From Mobula hypostoma (taxonomy: Eukaryota): a DNA stretch of 64,000 nt. The notes under the pieces are model-generated. The model did not search any database and was not told where the DNA came from. It saw only the letters and a program-made list of their open reading frames with translations. Position numbers and translations under genes: made by a program. Each line of letters starts with the position of its first letter. Within the stretch, counting starts at the first letter, position 1. This document shows positions 37,412 through 49,513 of this stretch, piece by piece. The stretch spans positions 197,906,001 through 197,970,000 of the forward strand of contig NC_086097.1 in NCBI RefSeq assembly GCF_963921235.1, in the 5' to 3' direction.

Positions 37412-38412
37412 GAATCAGAATCAGGTCTAATATCGCCAGCATATGTCATGAAATTAGTTGTCTTTGCAGCAGCAGTACTGTCCAATACATTATAAAAGAA
37501 AAAAAGACATGAATTACAGTAAATATATATGTTAAATTAAATAAGTAATGCAAAAATAAAGATATAAAAGTAGAATTTACAGATTCAATGTCTATTCAGA
37601 AAGCGGATAGCAGAGGAGAAGAAGCTGTTCCTGAATCATTTGTGTGTGCTTTCAGGCTCCCGTAGCTCCTTCCTGATGGAAGTAGTAAGAACAAGGTATG
37701 ACCTGAGTGATGGGGGTCCTTAAAGATAGATGCTGCTTTTTTGAGGCATCACTGCTTGAAAATATCCTGGATGCTGGGGAGGCTAGTGCTGATGATGGGG
37801 TTGGCATAAGTTTACAACTCTCTGCAGGTTATTTTGATCCAGTGCAATAGCCCTGACCCCCAATACTAGATGGTGATGCAGTCAGTTAGAATGTTCTCCA
37901 TAGTACATCTGTAGAAATTTGTGAGTGTCTTTGGTGACATACCAAATCTCCTCAAATGCTTAATCAAGTATAGTTTTTGTAGTTGCGTCAATATTTTAGG
38001 CCCACGATAAATTCTCAGAGATGTTGACACCAAGAACTCACTCTTTCCATTTCTGATCCCTCTATGAGGACTGTGGCGTGTCCCCTCGACTTAACCTTTC
38101 TGACGTCCACAATCAGTTCTTTAGTCTTCCTGATGTTGATTACAAGGTTGTTGCTGCAACACCACTCAACTAGCTGATATATCTCACTCCTGTATGCCCT
38201 CTTGTCACCATCTGAAATTCTGCCAACAGTAGTTGTTTCATCAACAAGTTCATAGATGGCATTTGGACTGTGCCTAGCCACACAGTCACAGGTGTAGACA
38301 GAATAGGACAGTGGCTAAGCACACATCCCTGAGGTGTGCCAGTGTTGATTATCAGCGAGGTGGGGATGTTATTTCTGCTCCACACAGACTGTGGTCTTCT
38401 GGTTAGGAAGCA
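37412..38412 (-). mobile_element. Rex1/Babar LINE 3' ~1 kb
   Basis: INTGTPQGCVLS, EWCCSNNLVINIRKTKELIVD; aatcagaatcagg tail. Confidence 0.88.
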
Positions 38413-39303
38413 AAATCAAATAAAATTTTAAATTTAAGATACTAGAAATAAAAACAGAAACCTTTAACATACTCAACAGGTTAGCAGCATTTGTGAAGAA
38501 GTAAATAAAATACAGTTGGTCATTGTCCTATCTTCAGAATGGTTAAAAGTTTTTAGTTGCAGGGAATGGTTGAAAGTACGAAGACAATGAACAGAAAGGT
38601 AGGTAATTAGTTAATTGCAGGAGAAACGAAATTGCAAAAGGGGTATAGAGCAACTAGAAATGGTGGCAAGGGGAAAATGAAGAAACAGAAGGTCTCTATA
38701 CATTAAAAAAAAAGGAATATCTCTGCATGGATTTTTAAAAAGTGATTCAGTTTATCCTGGCATTCGCAGTGGAGTTAGGTGGTGGACAGAGAGGAACTCT
38801 GAAAAATGTTTCCCATCCACTGTTAATAGCTTAGTGAGTTGATTTACCTGGGATGGTTGAATCAAAGAAAAAAAAAGATAGGTTGAAGAGAATGGCCAGG
38901 AGTCTGATGGCCTTAGCCCACATCAAGTGAAATGTAGAAAACAAGTCCTGGAGGTCACTATGGTGTTTGGGAATATAATAGAAATACAAAAATAACAGGC
39001 ACCTCACCAATTTCAGAGCACATTAGTGAGTTAATTATTCAGAACTACAAACTGCTCAGGATAGATGGAATTAGCCAGAAAGTAACTAAAAGTGGAGGAA
39101 ACGCTCAGCAAATCAGAGAATATTCATAGGGAGAGAAACTAAGAGAACATTTCAGGTCAAGGTCATTAAAAAAAAACACTAGAAAAGTGAGAAAATAAAT
39201 GTGTTTTAATTTGCAGAGAAGGAAAGAGCAAAGAGACCTGAAGGAATTTAATAGGGTGAATGCCAAGTTTGTCAAGGTGTGAAGTCTTTCCTAGGGTGTT
39301 ACA

Positions 39304-39315
39304 CTCTCCCCCACC
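39304..39315 (-). promoter_or_regulatory. Gypsy polypurine tract
   Basis: Minus strand TTTT-GGTGGGGGAGAG immediately followed by the LTR start TGTAACAC (39303). Confidence 0.85.
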
Positions 39316-39899
39316 AAAATTAGTCATGTCCTCATGACATTGAGATAATTTGCCACCCCTTCATACCAAGCACAAAGTACAACCCAGGTGTAAGTGGGAG
39401 TGACATAACTCACCAAGGCGGTAGATGCCACACTCTGTTCCCTCAGTGCTATATCGGCCAGCCTATCTGGTGGTCCCCTGATTCTTTGAGACTTCCTTAG
39501 CCCGTCATCTCCTTCTTCAGGTTCAGACACTCCTTGAGATACTTCTGATCTACATGGCGAGGCCTCCCCCGGTCTATCACTCAAGTGCTCCTGCAACTTG
39601 GACCCCTCTGACCCTGGCTGAGCCCTGCTTTATCCCTTTCATGGTCCCGCTGAAACCCAGTCTTTTCACAGAGAGTCCCCCCAATGTCACCTGACTCAGC
39701 TTGAGAAGGGTGGGGAATCTCTTCCTCAATCAGTGGGGAGTTAGCAAAAGGTAGCATATACCATACCCCCATCTCCTCATCCTCTGAGTCCATATCCCAT
39801 TCAGAGGCAGGGGCAGGGGCCAATCTAATCTCTCTTGCTTTTGGTCCTTCAGTTGCTCCTCATCACTGCAGAGCCCTCTTATTAGGTGTAGGCTCCAGT

Positions 39900-42800
39900 C
39901 TGGGCTCTGGGTCTACCCGCATCGCTTATCCCAGAGACAGAAGGTGGTTCCGATGGAGAATCTTGACAGGCCCATTCCCATCCTCTGGTTTTACCCAGAA
40001 AACTGGTACTTTTGGCATCTGCACTACATACAGCATAGCCACCCAGCGGTCAGCCAACTTATGTTTCCCAGGTAGTCCCAAATTCTGGTAGGAGTTGGGA
40101 GAACCTCACCTTTTGATTATACCTCCTCTTATTTCCTTGATTCTCCTTGGCCGCCGCGAGCTCAGCCAAGTCATAAGACTTTTTCAGCTCTCTTATATCA
40201 GATACGTACTTCAGATAAGTCTTCGGTGGTAGGTCTTCCTCACCAGTCGCAAAACAAAGGTCATTGGGCAACCTCGCCTCACGCCCAAACATCAGATAAT
40301 ATGGCGAGTACCCGGTAATTTCACTTTGTGTAGAGTTGTAGCAGTGGACCAGATGTCCAATATGTTAACTCCACTTGTTCTTTTTGCTGATTTCCAAGGT
40401 TTCAAGCCTGCCTAGCAAGGTCTGATTAAACCTCACGGGATGTGGATAAGGAGTAGTCCTCAACTTCTTAACTCTGAGCATGCTCAGTAACTGCTGTGAG
40501 CCTACTCTCGAAATCCTGTCCCTGATCACTATGTATCCACCTGGGGAGACCATAATAGATGAAATACCTCTCCCATAACACTTTGGCCACCATGGATGCC
40601 CTCTGATCCTTGGTAGGGAAAGCTTGCACATATCTGGTGTAGTGATCCGTGATGACTAAGATATTCATCATGTTGCTGGCATCTGGTTCTATTGACAGGA
40701 AATCCATACATACCAGGTCAAGGGGCCCTGCACTCTGCAAGTGGGACAACAGAGTGGCCCTCGTAGGCAGCGTCTTCATCCATATGCATCGAATGAAAAA
40801 CCTGTAGTACTCTTCGACCTCTGGCTTCATTCAGGGCCAGTAGAACTGGTCTCTGAGCAACGCATAGGTCTTTTCAACCCCCAAATGTCCAGAATCTTCA
40901 GGAAGAGACTTCAACACAATCCTCTGATACATCTCAGGCAGAACCAGCTGAGTACACCGAGGTCAGTCCATAGGCGACGTGACCTTATATAGGATCTGGT
41001 TCCTCAACTCCAATCTTGGCCATTTTCTCAGTAATGGAGGCACCACAACATGATTTGCCTTCTCCGCTTGGGCCATGTCTCCCTATTTGACCGCTGACCA
41101 AATGGTACTGATACCCGTGTCATCTCGCTGAGCAGCTGTTACTTCCCCAGGACTCAATTTCAGTAACCAGTTTGTCTTCAGAGCAGTCAGGTTACAGTAA
41201 GCTTGTGGAATGGTGTCATCAGAAGCTCCCAATTGATCTCCTGCCTTTGCCTTCCCTTTGCCTTCACCATGATGGAAAACTGGCACATGGCTTTCACTCC
41301 CAGGGCAGGAATGCTCTGCCACTCTTCGCCCCTGTCCAGTCCTTACAGGTGCACATCCGGACAAAGCATCAGCATCTATGTTCCTACTTCCCGGCCGGTA
41401 CATCAACACCAGGCACACCAACTTGTGCATGGGATAGTTTTTCTCAGAGAATAACAGAGTTCGGCTGATAACCGCAACAGGTCTCAGCTCAGTGCCCTGA
41501 TCCTGATACAAGACACCGCCTAAGCTCTCTCTGTTGGCATCTGTATGCAGTACATATGGCAATCGGGGGTCTGCAAAAGCCAGCACAATTGCCTGTGTCA
41601 GCAGCTACTTCAGCAACCGAAAGGCCTCTTCACATTTTGCATCCAACCTCACTCCAAAAGGCTCCAAAGGGCTAAGATACTCCTTACCCTTTTGTCCTCC
41701 TCCCTTTCTTCCCCACGGGAGGATAACCACATAGAAACTGATTTAGAGGGTGACTCACTTTCGTGTAGCCCTTCTTGAACCTCAGATAGTACCCACAGAA
41801 CCCAAGGAACGAGCGCAAAACACTCACAGTCTGGGGCCTTGGCCATGTGGTCATCGCCTCTATCTTAGCTGGATCGATAGCTACTCCATGCCGTAAGACT
41901 ATGTGCCCAACATAGCTGACAGATGTATTGCAGAACTGGCACTTACCCAGGGAAAGTTATAACCCTTCAGCTTTCAGGTGACCCAGCATCTTCAGTAGCC
42001 TCGCTTCATGTTCTTCCAGGGTGGACCCAAACACAAAGAAGTCATCCGGATTCACCAATACCTCAAGCAAGTTCATATCCCCCACCATCTTCTCCATGAC
42101 ATGCTGGAAGGTTGCAGGGGCTCCCAATATGCCCTGGGCATCCTTTTGAACTGGAAAAATTGCAGGGGACATATAAATGCTGTCTTCTCTTTGTCGGCCT
42201 CACTCATGGGGATCTGGTAATTTCCACTCCTCAAGTCCAGCACACTGAACCACTTTGCACCTCTCAGGCAGGCAGCACCTCTTCAATCCTCAGGACAGTA
42301 CACTGGTCAGGAACAGTACACCTGTTCGGAGTCCTATAGTCCACACACATCCGTACCTTCCCATTCTTCTTCCTGGCCACTACTATTGGGGACACATAGT
42401 GGCTCCTGGACTCGGTGCTGATCCCAGCTTCCTTCAACTTACACAAATGCTGCTGAACGTCTTCTACCTCTGGGGAACCATTCGTCATGACCTATCTCTG
42501 AACAGGGTGTCCTCGGTCACCTAGATAGCGTGACGAGTGCTCTCGGAACAACACATGCCAAACTCGTCAGTAGAAGACACCTTCCAGCTTCAACATCTTC
42601 TCTATCAACCTCCGCTTCCAACCCACAGGTACAGGGAGTCCCCTAAGTTGAATGACTCAGTGCTCAACTTCTGCAGATAGTTTCTCCCCAGCTTGTCTCA
42701 CAGGGACACTAGACATTACTGTCACCAGGCAGAGGTGTCCTGGGGGCATCCCCTGCTTGAAGGTGACCTCCCTCTTTGTAGTGTTCCTGACGATCACTGC

Positions 42801-43250
42801 CATCCTGTTCACCTGTACAACCAAGGGTTTCTACAGTTCGGGCCTCAGGCAGTCTGGGACATTTGGGGTTTCCCATCACTTTGCTAATTCCCCAGGCCAT
42901 AACATGATTGGCTCTGACCGGGTGAACTATACAGTCCCTCGTCTAAGCTCATTATCCAACCCAGTGCAGCCACGCACTTCCTCGAAAGCAACTTGAAACA
43001 CCAGGTGAATGGACAATGTCTTCAGAAAGGTCTCTCCAGCGCTCTCCTTGCAAGCTCCCATTAACCACCTCACAATAGGAGTATTTGTCTCCGCAAGAAT
43101 TGAAATGCAACCCCTCTCAATAGGGTCCAGACAAACCAGCGCTAATGTATCAAAGATCTCAGCCACTCCATGTCAAGTATGACTCTAGCATAAATACCCT
43201 CTATTCATAGCAATACACTGGAGCTTGGCTGCACTGAGCCTTCAGGAATG
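39900..43250 (-). pseudogene. Gypsy pol (RT, RNase H, integrase), frameshifted with internal deletions
   Basis: Fragments in ORFs 42264-42488, 41957-42172 (GAPATFQ..VLVNPDD, degenerate YLDD), 41083-41586, 40468-40830, 40059-40292 (MFGREARLP). Confidence 0.9.
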
Positions 43251-43373
43251 GGGATTTTCGCTTTAGGGTGTTCTTTGATATATTGCTGGGAATGTGTTCC
43301 CCCGAGACACCAGGCCGTCCCCTCACTCTTTTAAATTTTCCCAATGTCTTTCTCTGCTTAGGTACCCAGGGGC

Positions 43374-44726
43374 TCATTCCCCGAGGAGTTTCCCATCATT
43401 CACACTCCCACCTGAAGTGTCCCTCTTCACCCAGTTGTAACAGACAATATCGGCCGCTCCCCTTCGGCTGCTAGCAACCCTCTGCATAGTCTGTCCCCTT
43501 AGAGGGTTCACCTTCCTATCAGCTCCGTCATATGGGGGGGGCCACACCTGCTGATAAAACCGGGACATCTCAGTTCTTAACTCTGCCATGATCTCTACCA
43601 CTCCCTGGGGTGGGCTATCCGTTGTCACTTCAACACAGGGAACCTCTACCGAGAACTGTACCCTGCTGACGGAGGTCTCCTGCGCCTCTGACACATAATC
43701 CTCTTCTCGTACTTCTCTGATTAGCTCGACAAAAGAGGGAGGGGGCGCGTCTTATGGGACAGTCAGAGACTCCAAGTGATCGGGTTCTGGAACTGGGCAC
43801 CTTTTGCCATTTGGTCCATTCTTATATGATCCACCTCAGCCGTCTGAATGGCCCCACCTCGTTGAAAGCAATTTAGCTGCCTCTCCAGCCGAAAAATGTA
43901 AGCAGAAAACTTCTCCCCCTCCTCCTGACACATGTTCTGAAACCCCGTCATGAGCTCCATTGGGCTTCCCGTTGCACCAAACACCTTCTCCAGTGCTCGC
44001 AGGTAGGCCACAGAAGTTGCAAAGGGGTTCTGTGCCTTTACTATGTCAGCAGCCCGCCCTCTCAAACTGTCAACCAATCGCTGTTGTTTTACATCATCAG
44101 AGCACTGCCACTGATCTAACAACTGAGAGGTCTGTTCCGCCCAAGTCTCATACTCCTCTTTCCCTTTACGGGTGGGTTTTGTTCCTGAGAACAGGTAGAG
44201 CCTATGATAGCTGGGACTTTGAACCTGGGCATTTTTCCATGTATTCGCCAGGGAGGTAAGGGCTGCTACCAACTAAGAATTCTTACTCCCTACTGGGGGC
44301 TCATTAGACATTCCAAATCAGACCACTCTTTCCCCTCGCCCCGCAGAAACGAGAACACCCTGTCTTTCATGTCTCGCTCCAGCTACGGAAGACTCAATAC
44401 AATTTGGCCTGCTCCTCTACACTCTCCTCCTCCTGGAAAGTATTGACAGCCTACAATCCCCCCTCACCTGGGACCCCAATAGTACCAGGCAGTTCCATTG
44501 CCGTTACGTCAGCGCTAGTCTGGACTAGAACAAAATCTTTGCCTGCCATTTTATCAAACCTCTGCCCCACAATCTTAGCTTTACCTCCAGCTTTAACAGT
44601 ACTTAAAATTCGAATTATCAATTCATCAGGGATACAAATGTCTACCCCACTCAACACGCACACATTCGTTACCAGTAACCCTGTGGATTCGCACCACCGC
44701 TCAGCCCCAGCAGCATTGATAACCAC
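43374..44726 (-). pseudogene. Gypsy gag with PNMA-like N-terminal and capsid domains and a CCHC knuckle
   Basis: ERWCES..VLSGV..PGTIGVPGEGG (44451-44726); YHRLYLFSG..EEYETWAEQ..QWQCSDDVKQQRLVDSLRGRAADIV (43763-44272); CYN(C)GEEGHFRWEC is recoverable with one extra base at ~43402-43442. Confidence 0.88.
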
Positions 44727-44826
44727 GTGGCGTAATCACTTTACTGGACAATAATTTAGCACAGACTTAAACACACAACCCACTGGATCAATGCTCAGGG
44801 CAATCACACAGCGTCCAATGAAATTG

Positions 44827-44844
44827 ATCCTGGACGAGCCCCCA
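44827..44844 (-). promoter_or_regulatory. Primer-binding site complementary to tRNA-Pro
   Basis: Minus strand TGGGGGCTCGTCCAGGAT, 17/18 to the canonical PBS-Pro TGGGGGCTCGTCCGGGAT, 4 nt after the 5' LTR end. Confidence 0.9.
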
Positions 44845-44848
44845 CAAT

Positions 44849-45425
44849 TGAAACACTTTGGTTCCATTGGCTGTGTAAGTCTAGGGAAGATAATCTCTGG
44901 CCTGCCAAATGTGTGAGATTGAAGCTGAAAGCCAAAACCCCTGTTTGTGTGGATGCTGCATGATTCGTTACCCTGTTACAAATCAGTACCACGACATAGC
45001 AGACAGTGCACCACATGCAATTAAATGATTTAGCTTTATAATTCCTAATTTGACTAAAGTCTTAGTAAAGAATAAACAAAAAAAAAAGAAAAGGGCCTAT
45101 TTTAATGTAACAGTCTAATGTGCACAAGCTAGAGCTTACAGTTTCTCCTTCACCGATCCTCCTTCGATCTCCCCGGGCTTTGTCAGATCATGGTCCTGCT
45201 CCGGGTCAAATCCTATGACCTCTTCTCTCCGGCGTCTTCTGCCTTCATCTCCTGCCGAACAAAAGACCTGGCTCACCCTGGTGTCAGGCACACAACATGA
45301 AAAACATACTCCCTTCATTGGATGGCTCACATTCCAAAACACCCATCATCTCTAACCATAACCCAAACACTGGCTCTACAGAAAGACCATTACATTAGCA
45401 GTGAAACCTTTCTCACGGTGTTACA
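44849..45425 (-). repeat. Gypsy 5' LTR (577 bp)
   Basis: Plus strand TGAAACAC...GTGTTACA inverted termini; adjacent PBS; homologous to the solo LTR 26203-26783. Confidence 0.9.
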
Positions 45426-45759
45426 CAAAATTTTTTCATGGGTCAGTGAATTATTATTAAATATACTGCATGTCATATTTCAAAGTACAGAACTTGGCAT
45501 TGTGAGTATTCATAACAAGCTAATATTGTTTTGAAATATTCTGGGATTTAAAAATTTCAAAAGATCAGGAGCCAAGCATGGAACATTGAAGCGTTTCAAC
45601 CACAGAGTAATAAATTGTTTGAGAGAGGTGAACATACTGAAAACTTATACACGTGCTTATATAAGCAGTGTTAGAAAAATTTATAACTATTAATATTTAA
45701 AAATAGAATTAGTAAGTTCAACAGTCAAAACATTTTATCAATGCTCACTGCACCAGCAT

Positions 45760-46560
45760 ATCCAATGGAATAATGAAATAGCTATTATAATTGAAAACAG
45801 AAGTCTATGTCCACATTGTACAGTAATTTAGTCAGACTGCACAATAAGCATTCTGTCTATTTCTGGATACTGAAGCGCATTAGTCAGAAGACTGTAAAAG
45901 AGCTGGAAAAGAAGCAAGGAAAGATTAACAAAGATGGTGCCAGGCATTGGTAAAGATGATGAGCAGGCTTGGAATTTACCTATTGGGGTGCAGGAGAATG
46001 AGGGATGACCTTATAAAGGTATATAAAATTTGGTAGGCACGGACTAGAAGGGCCGAGAAGGCCTATTTCCATGCTGTAATTGTTATAGGGTTATAGATAG
46101 GGTGAATACACAGTAACTTTTATCCAGGGTTGGGGTATCAAGAAGTAGGGGGCATAGGTTTAAGGTGAGGGGGAAGAGATTTACTTGGAACATAAAAAGC
46201 TAATCAAACATGAGAAAGTCTGCAGGTGCTGGAAGTCCAAAACAACGCACACAAAACGCTGGAGGAACTTAACAGGTCAGGCGGCAGCTATGGAAATTAA
46301 TAAACAGTTGATGTTTCAGGTCGAGACCCTTCTTCAGGACTGAAAAGGGGCAATTTTTTAACCCAGAGGATGGTTTATATATGGAATTTGCTGACAGAGG
46401 AAGTAGATGAGGTAGAAATATTAACAACTTTTAAAACTCACAGTGCGTAGATGGGAAATGCTTAAAGGGATATGGGTCAAGTTGGACTAGTTTAGATAGG
46501 TATCTTTGTTGGCATGGAAGATTTATGCTGAAGGGCCTGTCTCTGTGCTGTATGAGTCCT
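45760..46560 (+). mobile_element. Old CR1 3' portion with a small CR1-tail insert and a Penelope insert
   Basis: aggagaatgagggatgaccttataaaggtatataaaat, gggcataggtttaaggtgag, gaagggcctgtctctgtgctgtatga. Confidence 0.75.
46205..46342 (-). mobile_element. Penelope-type terminal repeat with a decayed hammerhead motif (46305-46342)
   Basis: Minus strand CAGTC-CTGAAGA-AGGGTCTCGACCT-GAAA-CA-TC-AACTG; homologous to 35500-35668. Confidence 0.7.
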
Positions 46561-47094
46561 TAAAAATAGAACAAGCCAAGGCTATGTGTAAGAATTTAAG
46601 TATCATTTTTTTTACACATTAGTCTAAAATTATTGCAGCCAAGCATGGTTGGCACTGTGCCCTTCCTTTCCACCTTCCTCGTGCATACCTCTGCTTAGGA
46701 ATATGGGTTGTAAAGGAATTGTTCGGTTTTTGAGCCTTGAAGAAAATGTTTGTGAGATGACCTCAGAGGTAAGCAGTTAAAAAGTAATGTGAAAATGTAA
46801 TTCTAGAAAATTACTATATTAAACTGTAAACGTAGGTCAAGGGCTGGCAGCTTTAAATAGTAAAGTTTAAAGAATGATAAAAGAAAAATGAACTTCATGA
46901 GCACAGGGAGTGATGAAACTGTAAAAACCGTTTAACTACATCAATGTGGGAAATTATGCCTTTTTCTGATTAGAGATGAATTTACTGTTCTTAGTCATCT
47001 CTGAGCAAATATGAGCTCCAGGTAAGGTCCTTCTGAAGGAAATAAGTAAGTAGAATAAAGGTAATAAACACATTGTTCACAGTAAAATGAAAAG

Positions 47095-49486
47095 CAAGAA
47101 AGGCAGCAGAAAGGAATCTATAGACCTGTTAGCCTGACATCAGTGGTTGGGAAGTTGTTGGAATCGATTGTTAGGCATGAGATTACAGAGTACCTTTTGG
47201 CACATGACAAAATAGGCTAAAGCCAGCATGGTCTCCTGAAAGGAAAATCCTGCCTGACAAACCTACTGCAACTCATTGAGGAAATTACAAGCAGGGTAGT
47301 CAAAGGAGATGCAGTAGATGTGGTGTACTTAGATTTTCATTAGGCCTTTGACAAGGTGCTGCACATCATAAGATCACAATTTCACAAGACAAAGGAGCAG
47401 AAGTAGGCCATTCGGCCCATCGAGTCTGCTCCGCAGCTCCCCCATGAGCTAAACTATTCACCCACCTAGTTCCAATTTCCAGCTTTTTCCCCATATCCCT
47501 TGATACCCTGACTAATTTGATACCTGTCAATCTCCTCCTTAAACACCCTCAATGATCGGGACTCACAGCTGTATGTGGCAACGAATTCCACAAATCCACA
47601 ACCCTCTGGCTAAAAAAAATTCTCCTCATCTCTGTTTTAACTGGGTACCGTCTAATTCTAAGACTATGGCCTCTTGTCCTGGACTCACCCACCAAGGGAA
47701 ACAACCTTTCCACATCTACTCGTCCAATCCTTTCAACATTGGAAATGTTTCTGTGAGATCCCCTCTCATTCTTCTATACTCTAATGAATACAGTCCCAGA
47801 GCCGACAAATGCTCCTCGTATGTTAGCCCCTGCATTCCAGGAATCATCCTCGTAAATCTTCTCTGAACTCTCTCCAACATCAGTACATCCTTTCTAAGAT
47901 AGGGGGCCCAAAACTGCACACTATTCCAAATGAGGTCTCACTAATGCCCCACAGAGGCTCATCAACACCTCCTTACTCTTATACACTATTCCTCTTGAAA
48001 TGAATGCCAACATAGCATTCGCTTTCCTTACCGCTGATCGAACTTGGTGGTTAACCTTTAGGGTATCCTTCACGAGGACCCCCAAGTCCCTTTGTACTTC
48101 TGATTTTTTAATTTTCTCCTCATCTAAATAATAATCTGCAGGATTATTTCTTCTTCCAAAACGTACAACCGTACATTTGTCAACATTGTATCTCATCTGC
48201 CATTTCTTTGCCCACCCTCCTCAACTGACTAAGTCTCTCTGCAACCTTTCTGTTTCTTCAACATTTCCTGCTCCTCCACCTATCTTGGTGTCATCCGCAA
48301 ACTTAGCCACAAAACCATTTAATCCAAGCATGAGGAAGCTTAGCAAGATAAGAGCCCATGGAATTATAGGGAAGTTACTAGCATGGGTGGAGCATTGGCT
48401 GGTCGGCAGAAAATAGAGAGTGGGTATAAAGGTATCCTATTCTGGCTGGCTGTTGTTTACCAGTGGAGATCCACAGGGGTCAGTGTTGGGACCGCTGCTT
48501 TTTATGATGTATGTCAATGATTTGGACTATGGGATTATTGGATTTGTGGCTAGATTTGCCAATGATACAAAGATAGGTGGAGGAGTGGGTAGTGTTGAAG
48601 AAACAGAGAGCCTGCAGAGAGACTTAGATAGTTTAGGGGAATGGGCAAAGAAGTGGCAAATGAAATACAATGTTGGAAAGTGTATGGTCATGCACTTTGG
48701 TGGAAGAAATGAACACACAGAATATTATTTAGATGGGGAGAGAATTCAAAATACAGAATTGCAAAGGGACTTGGGATTCCTTGTGCAGGATACCCTAAAG
48801 GTTAACCTCCAGGTTGAGTCAGTTGTAAAGAAGGCGAATGCAATGTTGGCATTCATTTCTAGAAGTATGGAATAAAAGAGCAGGGATGTGATGTTGAGGC
48901 TCTATAAGGCACTCATGAGACCACACTTGGAGTATTGTGTGCAGTTTTGGGCTCCTTATTATAGAAAGGTTATACTGACATTGGGGAGGGTTCAGAGAAG
49001 ATTCACGAGAATGATTCCAGGAATGAAAAGGTATGAGGAGATTCTGGCAGCTCTTGGGCTGTAGTCCCTGGAGTTCAGGAGAATGAGGGGGGATCTCATA
49101 GAAACATTCCAAATGTTAAAAGCCCTGAACAGATTATATATGGTAAAGTTATTTCCCATGGTAGGGGTTTCTAGGACAAGAGGGCATGACTTCAGGATTG
49201 AAGGAATTTGTTTTAGAAGTGAGATGCAGAGAAATTACTTTAGTTAGAGGGTGGTAAATCTGTGGAATTTGTTGCCACGAGCGGCTGTGCAGGCCAAGTC
49301 ATTGGGTATATTTAAGGCAGAGATAGATAGGTTCTTAATTAGCCAGGGCATCAAAGGGTATGGGGTGAAAGCAGGGGAGTGGGGATGACTGGAAGAATTG
49401 GATCAGCCCATGATTGAATGGCGAAGCAGACTAGATGGGCTGAATGACCTACTTCTGCTCCTATATCTTATGGTCTTATGTTCTAA
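47095..49486 (+). mobile_element. CR1 RT-to-tail fragment, same subfamily as 31561-34083, split by an antisense CR1
   Basis: GDPQGSVLGPLLFMMYVNDLDYGIIGFVARFANDTK..; tcttatggtcttatg tail. Confidence 0.92.
47367..48328 (-). mobile_element. CR1 3' fragment nested antisense in the CR1 above
   Basis: YNVDKCTVVRFGRRN, QFWAPYLRKDVLMLERVQRRF; host gcacat|catgagg gives a CAT duplication. Confidence 0.9.
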
Positions 49487-49513
49487 ATTTGAAAGGGAAT
49501 TATGGAATATTAT

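Larger units (their letters stand above)
39279..45425 (-). mobile_element. Ty3/Gypsy LTR retrotransposon, decayed, with the 3' LTR almost absent
   Basis: Minus-strand order: 5' LTR, PBS, gag, RT (SPIVVARKKNGKVRMCVDYR), RNase H (LAFADPRLPYVLHTDA), integrase (PLDLVCMDFL, VITDHYTRY, IHSDQGQDFES), PPT, ~25-bp LTR stub; integrase after RT-RH is the Gypsy order. Confidence 0.95.

Noticed and set aside
43763..44272. Domesticated PNMA-like host gene
   Set aside because: It sits inside a Gypsy element with LTR, PBS, pol and PPT, and gag is broken by frameshifts and stops
26203..45425. The LTRs at 26203 and 44849 as the two ends of one giant element capturing the TRAPPC9 last exon
   Set aside because: The 26203 LTR has its own CCTG TSD on both sides, the two LTRs are clearly diverged, and the Gypsy PPT and LTR stub are at 39279-39315
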